Below are positions 16,013 to 28,300 of a DNA stretch of 64,000 bases, in pieces (position 1 is the first letter of the stretch; every line of letters begins with the position of its first letter). The position numbers were made by a program, and so were the translations under genes. Location: positions 682,001 to 746,000 of the forward strand of contig CM074813.1 of assembly GCA_037447605.1 (NCBI GenBank), given 5' to 3'. This DNA is from Zygnema circumcarinatum SAG 698-1b. Its lineage: Eukaryota > Plantae > Zygnematophyceae. The notes below the pieces were generated by a model. It saw only the letters and a program-made list of their open reading frames with translations, was not told the origin of the DNA and searched no databases.

Positions 16013-17616
16013 NNNNNNNNNNCAACCAGCAAGCTGGTGGATCCTTCCATGTCTTGCACCAACGTGTGCCCTTTCCTCAACTGTTTCACCAACCGCCAAG
16101 TGGCGTTGGGAAAGATGCGAACTGCCATGTGCTGAGGAACCAGCACATGCAGCCCAAGGACATGGGAGGTGTTTCCCATGACATGCAAAGCATCCATGGC
16201 ACATTGCATGAGAACATCATCGCCCATGACATTGAGGATAAACACAGTCCATTGACCATGCATCAGCACATCCATAAACCCAGGAGGAGTCACTACAGTG
16301 GCAGGGGAAAGAGAAATGGAAGAAGGGAGTACATCAAACNNNNNNNNNNAACCGCCTCTTCAGCCTGCGCGGAATCACACACCAGCACTCAGCAAAACAG
16401 AGTTCAGATTGAGAGGGATTCAGAGAGAGAGAGAGAGCTTCAGAGTGGGGAGCAGCCCGGGATGGGCGTGCAACCGTATGCCGGTACGTTGGTTGGGTGA
16501 CGACAGTCACCCTCGCCCCTTTACGCTTCCCCGCGGAACCTACCGCTGATGGAGGATTGGAAGTGTATCGCCCAATGGCAAATCAGCGACGCGGTCCCTC
16601 TCTCGACTCGAATGGGTCGAGGTGTGCCAACGTGACGGTCGCTCGCCGATTCCGCTGGCGCCAGCGCCAGCGATGACGGGCCACAGAAAGGTGCACGGTC
16701 GATCCCCAGCGCAAGGTCCGATTGATGTTCCCGTCCGCATCAACGTAAATCCGCACTGTATCGACGACGGTTACGCTCAAAATGAAGTGAAGATGTGGTC
16801 GGATTCCATGATCCTCGACCACATCGGGCGACGCTGAGCACGTGATATGTCTCGGGTATACCAAGACGTAACCCTTGCAACCTTCAAGAAGGTTCGCCGA
16901 TCCCGTGACCCCTTCCCCGGCCCTGTGTGGTCCCCGACCAAGCCACTCGGCCCGCCAAGCGAAAGACTACAGACGGAGCGCCTTAAGTACACCCTCCTCT
17001 GCGGGTGATCAGAAGGCCAGCCACATCCCCCTCGGCCCCTCTCCTGGCTAGTCTCTAGCTAGGCTTCTAGTGATCATTGGTCATTGAGAGTAATGCAAGG
17101 CAGGATAGAGCAAGATAGGGGCTTGGCATAGTGACAGCAGAGGGAAAACAGGACACAACTTAGATAAAGGTGGTATTTTGGAAACTCACCCCAGCCAGCG
17201 GTTGGCTGGGGAATGTCATTACAATGAAATTGTCTTCTCACTGAAATCTTTGTCTAACTGGGCTGAATGGGACGTCTAAATGCTATAAGCAAGAAGACTC
17301 TTTCTCTCTCTCTCTCTCTCTATCTATGGCATGGAACTCTCTCTCTTACTTAGCATCTCAAGGTCAGAATCAAGAGGAAGGAAAAGAAGAAAGAAGAACA
17401 AGACAACAAACCACACAGCAAATACAAATACTAAGCCCAGCACTAAAAGACAAACAAGCATCACTAACATCCCATCTACCTAACACTGACAATAGATCTT
17501 GAGCCTTAGTAGTGACAGTCCCTGATTGGCCAACTGCCCACTGAGTGGCCTGACTGACTGCGTGGAGCCTTCGGATAGGTCAACGAAGGATTATCGGCGG
17601 CATCTTGCGGCGCTTC

Positions 17617-20600
17617 CGATGGTGTGCTGTCCCGTGGGCCGCCAACAAATGGCGCCGCCGTCTCGCATTTCCCGTCGGCAATTCATGAATATGAATATGT
17701 CAAGTACAACTGAACGGGCGCGGATCCGTCGAACGCAGCTCCGTTACGCTACATCTGTAGCACATGCCGGGGGGGGGAAAACAAGCGCACGCCCCTGCGG
17801 GCGCAAGGAAGAAGAGACAAAGGGCAGGGGAGGAGCCAAGGATGACGTGGACGGGAGGCGAGTCGGTGGCCGTGTGGAGAAGCTTCCTCGTACATTCGGC
17901 AATGGGGAGTATCGGCAGGACCGGAGGTGGAGGAGGGAGTAAGACAAATTCGAAATCAAAGGTACGCCGACAAAGCACGTTGGCTTAAGCGCAAAAGTGG
18001 CGGAATTAGAAATGGACCAATGAGGAGTCGCATATGTGGGGTGGTTTAGGAGATCACATTGCCGGGTCGAAACGCCAGCCATCGTGGGGAGGAACCACAC
18101 GGGCGGCATCGAATAAATGATCCAGTGAACGCCAGCCGCATGCTCTACTCAGAGTCGTGGCCTTCCAATGATGGCCCATCCCGGATCTCCGGACGACCGA
18201 CACACAAATGAAGGGGCCCAACCACGAAAAGCCCGCGAGTCGGCTTGGCGAGATTCCCGAAAGCCAAATGAGCCGACGTGGCGCCACCTGGATTGGGCGG
18301 GAGGGCAAAGGCTCAAGGCCTCCCAAAGTCGGCAGGTGAGTTGTCGCCTGCGCCGCTCGGTGGGTGGGAGGCCATGGAATCTAGGTTTGGAAGCGAGGCC
18401 GAGTCGAAGCTGGGCGAATCTTGATCCGGGAGGCGCACACGGGAAGAGGGGCTCAGAAAGGAGGTCAAGGGGAATGCGGGCTTACGGGCCATAGAGGAGC
18501 CAGAGGGAGAGAAGCTGGGAGGAGGAATGAGGTGTTGTAATGCGGAAGACTGTGGGAGGATGACTCAAGGCCAGTCCGCTTCCAAATTGCCAAGAGCCGC
18601 TAACGACGCATCCTTGGACCGCCTGAATAGTACTGCCTGCAAGCCCATTCTCGGCCAGTGTGGGGAGTAGGGGCTAGAGGTGTGGTGAATGATGCGGAAG
18701 TCCTCCATGAGCTTGGCAAATGCCCCCTTGTATTCGGTGCCATTGTCAGAGTGGACAGAGTAGGGTAGAGAGTGGCGGTGAATGATGCCCGTCAGGAGGC
18801 GAGCAGAGTGGATGGAATGCTTAGATTCTGTCGCATGAACTTCCACCCACTTGGTGTATCCGCCCACGGCTAGGAAGACCAATGTAGCCGAGGGGGCCGA
18901 GCCAGATGTAAAAGGTGTCACTGGTTCCACCCGCGACGCCAGATGGGGGGATCTCACCCATCTCCCGTGGGTTGGCGGTCGGGCGCGAGTTACGCTAAGC
19001 CGCTAGTTGGCAACGGGTGCGTGTTTCGATGTAGCGCTAAATCACGCCATGGAGGCCGGGCCAATAATAGCGCTCCTGCAGCAGGGCGACCATCTTCTTC
19101 TGGCCGAGGTGGAATCCGCCGGGCTGGGAATCGTGGGCGACATCCAGAATCTCCATGCGTTCATTGGGGAAAGGAACAGGAAGGCCAGAGGGGAGGTACA
19201 GAATCTGTCCTTCATCATCAACAGAGAAATTCCGAGAGCGGCGGAGCAGCCGAGCCCTCTTGGTGTCCGTGATAAAAGGGGGCAATGTGCGGGTCATGAC
19301 GTAGCGCAGAAGGGAGGAGTCTGAATGGACGTCATTGGCGCTGGGGAAATGGGGAGGAAGTAAGGGAGCGTCGCCATCGTCATCCATGAGGAGTTCCCAC
19401 GGATCTGCATGGGGGTGGCCTTGGGTGAAGTCAGGGTCCTGCCAGCGATGGAGGGTGGTGGCCGTGGCCGGAATATCGATCAGCCCATCCGCGAATATGA
19501 CATCATGTAAGTCTTGATCTGCAATGAAAATCTCAATGGGAAGGTGCTCAGGGTTCAAGAGGGTGGGTGGAGGATGGGTTCGTGGAACGGCCGATCGCGG
19601 ATGCAGGAGGGAGCCGGTTGATTGGCAATCGGAGGCCGCCAAGATTGCCGCGGATCGGCGCTTCAGACGGTGAGTGACCTAAGTACATTATACTCCTCCA
19701 ACTTCATCACCCATCGTGCAAACTTAGGTCGTAGGGTAGCCATGATGTGCAGCCAAGTGAGGGGCATGTGGTCAGTCCGGATGATAACGGGCTGGTAGGC
19801 CGTGAAGAGCTTGAACTTCCTCGAGTGCCCGAGGATAGCCGCGCCTCACCCCTCGCGAGGGTCACCGCATTTGGTCTCGTTTCTGAACAAACCCGCTAGC
19901 ATAATCGACCGGTGTTCCCCATCCAGAATGCTTGATCGCCACCGCCCGGCTCGTCCGACTCCGGCCAATAATGGTGGGCGTGGTGGGTCAATTCGATGCG
20001 CATTGGGGTGGAGTTCGGGCGAGGGCACTCTTGAGCGCCTGGAAGGCCAGATCCTGCGCTCGGCTCCATTCGTAGTGGACTCCGTGCTTCTCCAAGGCAT
20101 GTAGGGGACGCGCGATGAGGGCATAGCCCTTAATGAACCGGCGATAGAAGGAGGTGAGTCCCAAGAAAGACTTGAGCTGAGTGAGATTCTGTGGAATGGG
20201 CATAAGGTCAAGGTTTCATTTTGTCGCAGTGATGGTTTCAGCCATTGATGCCAGGCGTGCCCGTGATGAGTGATTCCCCGTGGCCCCATTTGCACTTCTT
20301 GGGTGCACCGACGCGCATCGATGAGCCGCCGCACTTGGTCAATGTGTTGCGGTGTGGGAGGACTGGGCCCTTTGCCGGATCAAGCATCATCCACGAAGGC
20401 CGCTGTGGCTAGCACGACAGGCCGAACACCTGCTGGGCCAGGCGCTGTGAGTCTGGCTGGAATTCTGAGCCCAAAGGAAGCACCGGCCCATCGCATCGCT
20501 GCGGGTCGCAAGCGGCTCGTCTGCGCCGGCGGGTCACGCAGGGGGATCCGCCAGAAGGATTTCTGCATGTCAAGTGCCGAGAACCACCGGTCATCCGGGG

Positions 20601-22263
20601 AGACGCCGTGGAGAATCAGGTCCACATCCGGTAATGTATAGGGATCCCACTTCGTTACGGCATTCAGTTTCCGATAGTCTCCATAGAAGCGGAGTGTGCC
20701 ATCCGATTTCGGGGGCAGAACGGCTGGGCTGGCCCAAGGCCCTTCTCCAGGTTCCATCAAGCCGGCTGCCACGTTCTCATCGATCTGTCGTTCGACATCG
20801 GCCTGCTGAGCGGCGGAAAAGCGGTAGGGAGTCATGGTCATCACGGGAGGTGCATCCCCCGTATCGATGTGGTGCTCTATCAGGTGGGTCTTGCCAATGT
20901 CGAGTGAATGTCGTGCGAAAACTAGATGATTTCGGCGCAGCACTTGGCGTAATTGTGAATGCTTGATCGGGTCTGAGAGGACTGCTGGCCCCAATCGCAT
21001 CTGACCCTCTATTTCCAGCCACTCCTCATCACCAATGATCTCGTGGGGGGGAAAGCTGGGTGCAGCTATCACCGGCGGCAAAAGTTCTTCCGTCGGCGAA
21101 CAGAGAGCTGGACTCGGAGGAGCAGGAGGGGGAGTCTCGTCATCGGTATCAGAATTGGCCGATCCATAGGAAGAATGGGGGCTGCCGACCGAATGGTACA
21201 TGGTGATCTCTGGGTAGGAGACCTGCGCCTTGGCGTGGCGTTTGGGGAAGGCGGAGGTGGCAAGGGACTCGAGGATGATGGGGAAGGAGCAGTCTGTCCC
21301 GCCAGCAGATAAGTGCAGCTGACACGTAGCAAAGTCGATTCGTGCTCCCATCGCAATGAGCCAATCTGAGCCCAGCAGGATAGAATAGTGCTCAGCGGCC
21401 GTGATGACCGCATTCACCGTGGCTCCCATCTCGCCAAGGCTGATGATCACTTGGGCGCTGCCCAATCCTTCATGTAGACTCCCCTCAACCCCCACATATC
21501 GGGGAATGGGCTCGAGCGTCTTGTCCAACTTAACCCCTGCAGCCTTCATCACTGGCTTGGACAGAACTGTGCGCATAGCTCCTGTGTCGATCATGGCTTT
21601 GCTTGGATGACCGCATAGCCATACATTGACAATGATTCGCACGTTGGGTGTTGGGATCAGAGGGAGAACGTGAATCGGGCGAGGAGGATGTATGGGAGCT
21701 TAACCGGGTCCGGAAGGGGCGCCGCGGGTCATGTGGTGTATATTCACGCATGAGGATGTCCGAGGAGGTGCCATGGGAACCGGAGGCCGCAGGGTACCGA
21801 CCGCCGCCGCCTTACTTAACTACGGCCGCAAAGACTGTACCAGCCGCATCAACTGCGGACAAGGTAATGCCGATCTTAGCCTTGACCCCCATGAGCTGAT
21901 GAACCCTGCGTTCAATCAGGGATAGGCCGTCTGTCGGGGGGGGTGGTCGACGATCGGCTGCCTGGGGGTAGAAACGGGCTGCCCGAGGGCGATGGGGAGG
22001 GTTGACGTGCATCTCTTCTGTCGCTGGTGCTCTCGGCTCTGGCTGCGCCGCTGTCGGCTCCTCCTCATCGAGATCGTCNNNNNNNNNNCGAGTGCGCCTA
22101 GCTGGATGGTGTGCTGTCCCGTGGGCCGCCAACAAATGGCGCCGCCGTCTCGCATTTTCCGTCGGCAATTCCTGGATCAGGCCGGTCCGTGACACTGAAT
22201 ATGAACATGTCAAGTACAACAGAACGGGCGCGGATCCGTCGAACGCAGCTCCGTTACGCTACA
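17617..22263 (-). mobile_element. Degenerate Ty3/gypsy LTR retrotransposon (second family); full extent of the 3' LTR uncertain
   Basis: A ~140-bp direct repeat at 17617-17753 and 22104-22263 starts TGTAGCGTAACGG on the minus strand. The minus strand carries protease (AMIDTGA), RT (PWASPAVLPPKSDGTLRFYGDYRKLN; FSALDMQKSFW), connection domain (LKSFLGLTSFYRRFIKGYA), RNase H remnant (IIRTDH), integrase zinc finger (ILDVAHDSQPGGFHLG...YYWPG), core (SDNGTEY) and WLGPF. Many frameshifts and stops. Confidence 0.88.
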
Positions 22264-22789
22264 CAGAGTAAACCAGACGGACGCATTTCGCAACGCCAAC
22301 GCCAAAACGACCTAATAATGGTATGGTACGACCGTTCGACCGTACGAGTACGGACGTACGGTCGTTAATTGTTCAAAACGAGTTGGTATAATATATGTAA
22401 TAAAGTGTTTTAATTTGTAATATATTACTAATTTTAAACCCGTTGTAAATTATATAATATATTCGGAATTTATAACGCGGGCCATCCCTAGTCGTCACAG
22501 TTATATAATATAATATATATTATATAGTCGTAATTAAGCCATCCCTAGCCTGGACTACAACAGTCAACCAATTACCACCCTGAACATTATTGTGCGTCCC
22601 CAAGAAATTCGCCCCGATTTTGCCGAAACCACCTTTTGTACCTTTGTGTTAGCCGTACTATTCGTACTATCCGTACTATCCGTACTAGCTGTACTAGCCG
22701 TTCCGGGCTTACGCAAAACTCACCTAATCTCCCCGCTCGTGTGCCGCCGTAAGAGGCGCTCGCTCTTCTCCCACTTCTTCTTGGCTTCG

Positions 22790-22880
22790 ATACGATATGA
22801 TACGATGCGATGCGATACGATACGATACGATACGATACGATACGATACGATACGATACGATACGAAACGAAACGAAACGC
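22790..22880 (+). repeat. (TACGA)n / (AACGA)n pentamer microsatellite
   Basis: Read directly. Confidence 0.9.
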
Positions 22881-23158
22881 AATAAACATAATACCGCCCG
22901 CCTATTGTTAGCACGGAATTCCTTATATTTTGCAAATTCCAAGATTTTCGCCCAATAATATTTGCCGAAACCATGGCGAAAATATTAGGAATATGATACA
23001 TTCGCCCCCCTTTTTGGATATCCTCGCCCACTTTCGAGAAAATTCGTACTTTCATTTTGGCTAATCTCGCCCCCCCCCCCCCCTTTTTTTTTTATGTTTT
23101 TCCTCTCACACATCAACGCAATGTCCGCAAACACATTCGACGAGAGTGAGCAAAGCAT

Positions 23159-23199
<41 letters not shown>

Positions 23200-25343
23200 G
23201 CAAAGCAAAGCAAGCCAACCATTACATCATCACAGAGCTTCACATCCACAATCGAGCATAATGCATTTCAATGGAAACAAAGGGTTAAAAGTTCTTAAAT
23301 AAACAAAAAGTCTACTAAGCGTTTGCGCATTTGGAGCCTACAGTCTTGAATACGAAACTACAACGCTAAAGTGACAAACGGGTCATTACGGATATAGTGA
23401 CACAAATACGTGGGGGCCGACATGGTCACTATAACGCGAGTAGCCTGTAAAAAGACTTACCGTACTAAAAGTGGTTTCCTCAAAATCAAGGCGAATTTCT
23501 TGGGAGACGCAAATACTAGGGGGGGTTACACCTTGACCATCGCTTACGAAATTCCCGAATTCCTTATACTAAAAGTCACTTTGTTCATTGACGAATTTCG
23601 TGTCGGGATCCGTGGCTCCGCCGTACACAGCCGTACCGAAATGTGTAACACTGGGTCACGGGAGAGTGCAGGAGAGAGAGAAAGCGAGAGCGGGAATGAG
23701 AGCAATTCCAGGTTGAATGCCATGGCATTAATTCGACCCACGTCCCTACACGCTTCCCCCGTCGAAGCAAGGCTGGCCAGTGGCGAGACGCCGCGTGGCT
23801 TATGCTAGCGTGTGGCGGTTCGCCACGTGGCTGGTCCACTGATCTATGTCAGCGCTAGAGATATCTAGCGGGCCCGCCGCGTTTGGCGGCGTTTGGCACC
23901 GGTAGTGTCGCACATGCGACGCCAATATACGACGCGCATATGCGACGCGCGACCGACCTGCGCGCGCGGCGCCCGCCAAAAGGCGGCGCGCGTCCGTACA
24001 CGCGCGGTCCTAATATGTCGGTCGGTCCGACAGTCCGATCCCGGATCGAAATGACAATCAGCACGGACGAACCGTACGGAGATCTTCGTGGTGCGCGTAG
24101 CGCCCCAGGTGCCTGTAGCGTTTCGGTACAAAATGCGTACCTATCCAATGCTTAATTCGCCCGTCAGGCTTACGAAATATTGATTTGGCGATGGTCAAGG
24201 TCTGTCTCCGGTATAGATCCGTATGTATCAAACGCGTTTTCAATCCCTAAAAACCCTAAAAAAAAAAATAAAAAAAAAATAAAAAAAATAAAAAAAAAAA
24301 AAAGTGTATTAATACACTGTATAATACATGCGTATTATACAACATTTTAAAAATACAGTGTATTTTTAATGTATTTAACGTATTTTTTTTATTTTCGTGG
24401 TTAGTTGAACAAAATCTGATTATAATATTGAAATTCCAGCACTTGCCAAGTCACGTCACTTGCCAAACACTCAACACGTGTGACTTGACACGTACATGTT
24501 CGTACACCTCTTCCGTACATGATTTCCGTACGGATATATGTTCCGATTGTACGGCTGTTAACAGTTGCGTTAAGGTATTATACAGTGTATAATATGTTAG
24601 TGTACATAGTTAGTTTAGATTAGCATGTTTGTGTTGGCGCTTAGTTCCTAGGGGTGTGCTTCTAGGTGTGACATGTATGGGGACGGACTTACTTCAGCGT
24701 GCGCGCGGCGGCGAGACCGACCGCGCAACCGTACGGATAGTATGGACCGTACGGACCGTACGATCGGTACGGACAATACGGCCGGGAGTCCGACATTTGG
24801 TACCGCGCCGAGGAATCGGTCCTGGAGTACGGAATCGAGGAATGATGCGGCGGCGGAAGACGGCGGAGTCGGTGGAGGCGGCGGAGCGTACTTTGCGTAC
24901 GGACGATAGTCCTTGTGGGTGNNNNNNNNNNTACTATATAATGAGAGTGGGTGTGTAAGTTAGTAACCTTCTTGATATGCATTGCAAGGCTATGGCAGTT
25001 TGAGGGCATGGCTTTGGCAAGAGGAGGTGGACCTTTGTGAGGAGTCTCCGTGTGTGGAGAGCTGCCTCACGTGAAGGTGAAGTGATCATGTGGTGAAAGC
25101 TTGACTAGGCTTATGGGGGCTTGAGTTGGAAAGCTTGTCATCATAAAGGAGTTTTAAATTTGGGAGCTTTCTCCTACGTTTTTCTATTAAGCCTCTCTAA
25201 ATTGTGTTGTGTATGCGTGAGTGAAAAATGAGTGAGAGTCTTACTTGGCCCGAGGGCACCGGGAGGGAAGTTTCCATGGGCGGTGAAGAGGAGAAAGGGT
25301 GGAAGGTGAATTTGCTTCTCATCCCCTCTGCCCCTCTCACAAG

Positions 25344-25355
25344 TGGTATCAGAGC
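25344..25355 (+). promoter_or_regulatory. Primer-binding site (tRNA-iMet type) of copia-1
   Basis: TGGTATCAGAGC, 2 nt after the LTR-terminal CA. Confidence 0.95.
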
Positions 25356-28300
25356 TCATGGTGAAGAGGAAACCGGGGCTAGTGTGAAGTTTAATGTCCC
25401 TGCATTTGATGGGACAGACTACAAGGGATGGAAGTGGCGGCTGACTCCCATACTTGAAGGGAAGGGACTTCTTGGTCATGTGACTGGGAAAGTGAAGGCG
25501 CCGCCGGCTACATCCGTGGAGGAGCTTGCAAAGTGGAAGGCTCGTGACAACAAGGCCATCACTCAGATTGCAATGAGTGTGAAGGGGACGCCTTCACACA
25601 TGCTCTACGACCTCAGCACGTCACACGAGATGTGGAAGTGTTTGGAGGACATGTACGATGCGAAGGACAGCGTCACAGTGGTGCACCTGTACACGGAGCT
25701 CGGGAAGATGAAGATGAGCTTGGATGAGAAGGCGTGACTACATGGGAGCGCTTTGGCGGTCTCATCGCGGCCTTACCGTGGTGATGGGCAAGGTCTTGAG
25801 TGAATCATAAGGTCGGCCGGTTCTTGGTTAGTTTTACTTGATCCTTTGACGCACATGCGGCGCCCTTCGAGCAGTTCTTACCACTTCTTCTTTGACCTTT
25901 GAGCAGGTGAAGAAGCGGATTCGTGAAGGACGCTCTTCATGGCGCATCCGATGCGGTGAGCGTGTTGGCAATGAGGGGAAGCCTTTGGGAAGAAGGCAAG
26001 CGAGAAAGGAGGAGGTGGCGGAGTTCGTCCCAAGGGGACATGCTTCAATTGTGGGAAGCCAGGTCACTACTCCAACTAATGCCGTTCCGGCAAGGCGGCC
26101 CAAGTGAAGGGAGAGGGGCATGCAGACAGGGGAGTCGAGCAGAAGGAGTTCCACGGGCGTTTGCTTCAAGTGCAAGAAGAAGGGTCACAAGAGCATTGAT
26201 TCACCCGAAGTCTTTTGCGATACAAACTTGATGTTTCTTGAGAAGGAGCATGTGGAGTTTGTGGGAGAATGTGTGAAGGACCCGAAGCCGTGGCTCATTG
26301 GTCGGGGAGCGTCGGCGCACATGTGTGCAGGCTGGGGGCATTCTACGAGATGAGAGATAAGCTCCGAGGCCCCTAGATTCGATTCGGTCGGCGGCCCGGT
26401 GAAGAAGTGAGGTGACCAGCGGAGGCGACGTGAGGATCGTCTTAGGAGGAGAGAGTGAAGGGGCAGCTACCATGATTGGTAACGTCTTTGTATACCCACG
26501 GGTTGCGGCTGGCTTTTGTGTCTGCATGGGACAAGAGTGTGCATGAGGGGGATTTACTCGATCTCTCACCGATAGCGAAATTGCGTAGCTAGACATAAGA
26601 AAAGCGCAGGAATGTCTTATTTGAGGTACGGAGAGAGAGGGGCACATGCACGTCTTCACGATTGGAAGTAAGCACACGAAGAAGGAGAGTAGGTTTGCTT
26701 ATGACCCAAGATGAGTCACGGTGGCATACAGGAGGCTTGGGCATGTGAGTTTTCGAGACATGCGGGATTTTGCTCAGAAGGGGTTGGTCCGAGGCTTGGA
26801 CTTGGAGGGTGCAGTTGATCCACGGAAGTTTGCAGAGGCTGCGGTAAAGGAAGAAGATCCATATGCGTGGGCCATTAGGTGCAAGAGGAGATGGAGAGAG
26901 GCGCGCCAAGGAGCCGTTGGCGCTGTGCACCGCAGAGACTTGTGTAGCCCCATCGCAGCCCGGGCAGGAGGAAGTCGATATTTCATCACTTTCCTTGATG
27001 ACTACTCACGGAAGATTTGGGTGGTGCTCTTGACACAGAAGTCTGATGCTTATCCAGCCTTCAGAGCTTGGAAGATGCGTGCAGAGCGGGAGAGCGGCCA
27101 TCTACTCAAGAACCTCCGTTCGAACTTGATGGAGGAGGTCCAAGAACAAGGTGTTGGTGGTATTTGAGAGGCTTGGGAATGGCCGGAGTTCCTACGCTCC
27201 ATACTCAGCGGTAATGGAAACGCGAGAGAGAGAGTGAAGAGCGGGACTCTTGGGGGCATAGCAAGACGATGTTGCATATGACTCACCATTTCTGTGACAT
27301 TTTGGGGAGAAGCAGTGATGACTGCCGCTTATGTGAGTCACAGGTGTCCGTCATCGGTCTTGGAGGATCGAGTGCGATGAGGTGTGGAGTGGGGCGAAGC
27401 CTTTGTGGGACGCAAGCATTTGGATCAAAGTGCTGGTATGCGATACGAAGGTGGCGTGGAGAAGTTTTTCCCAAAGGCGGGGAGAGCTTCTTTTCTTGGA
27501 TACCTGCCCGGTGATTGCGGGGCTTCTGAGTGTATAGCCTTGAGACCAAGAAGGTGAGATCAGCGAGGGGACGTGAGGGTGGATGAGGATGTTGCACACG
27601 TCCCCTTTACCCACTCATGGAGGCGTGCTGATGAGTCGTGTCCACTCGGATTCACCTATGAAGGTGAAGTGATTGTGAGTCACCCTGAGCAGGAGAAGGT
27701 GCCAGTGGCCACTCAAGCTCAGACGGAGGAGAGTGCCACGCCCATTCATTCACGACGGCCTGTAGAGTCAGAGAGTGATGATGAGACAAAACCGGTGACC
27801 TTTACTCCCTTGGGTTCTCCACATTGGGGAGACATGCAGTCTACATTAGACCATCGGTGGGCATCAGCTTCACAGTCACCGGGAGGGAGGCCTCCGGTTC
27901 CGCGAGAGGGAGGCGGCCCGGTATGCCGCGCCAAGTTGGTAACCCGAGAACCCGCGTGCGGCGGCGAATGAAGAGTTCGGAGGGAGGTAGGCGATGAGCG
28001 AGGAGGAGGAAGTGTCAGCTCGATGCGAGGCTGTGGGCAGCACGAAGAGCATCCCTGCAGCGATGGAGAAGACAAGTGGGAGGAGACGGCGGCCTCCAAA
28101 TGCGTTCCGATGAAGCTGTGCCTCTGAGAAGCGCATCGCGAGGAAGAAACGCGAAGAATGCCGGATCATTACGCATCATTCTCAAGTGACATGGACATGA
28201 TTGCCCATTGTTACATGGCCCATGCTGTTGAGCCTCAGACTTTCGGGGAAGCTGTTGAGGGGCCAGATCAGATCAAGTGGCAGGAGGCCATTGATAGTGA

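Noticed and set aside
16023-16339. ORF between the chromovirus fragments
   Set aside because: Gap-bounded and no recognisable domain in any listed frame; left unassigned.
22655-22880. Short tandem units that might be mistaken for a CRISPR array
   Set aside because: 5-9-bp microsatellites without unique spacers, in eukaryotic DNA with no cas genes.
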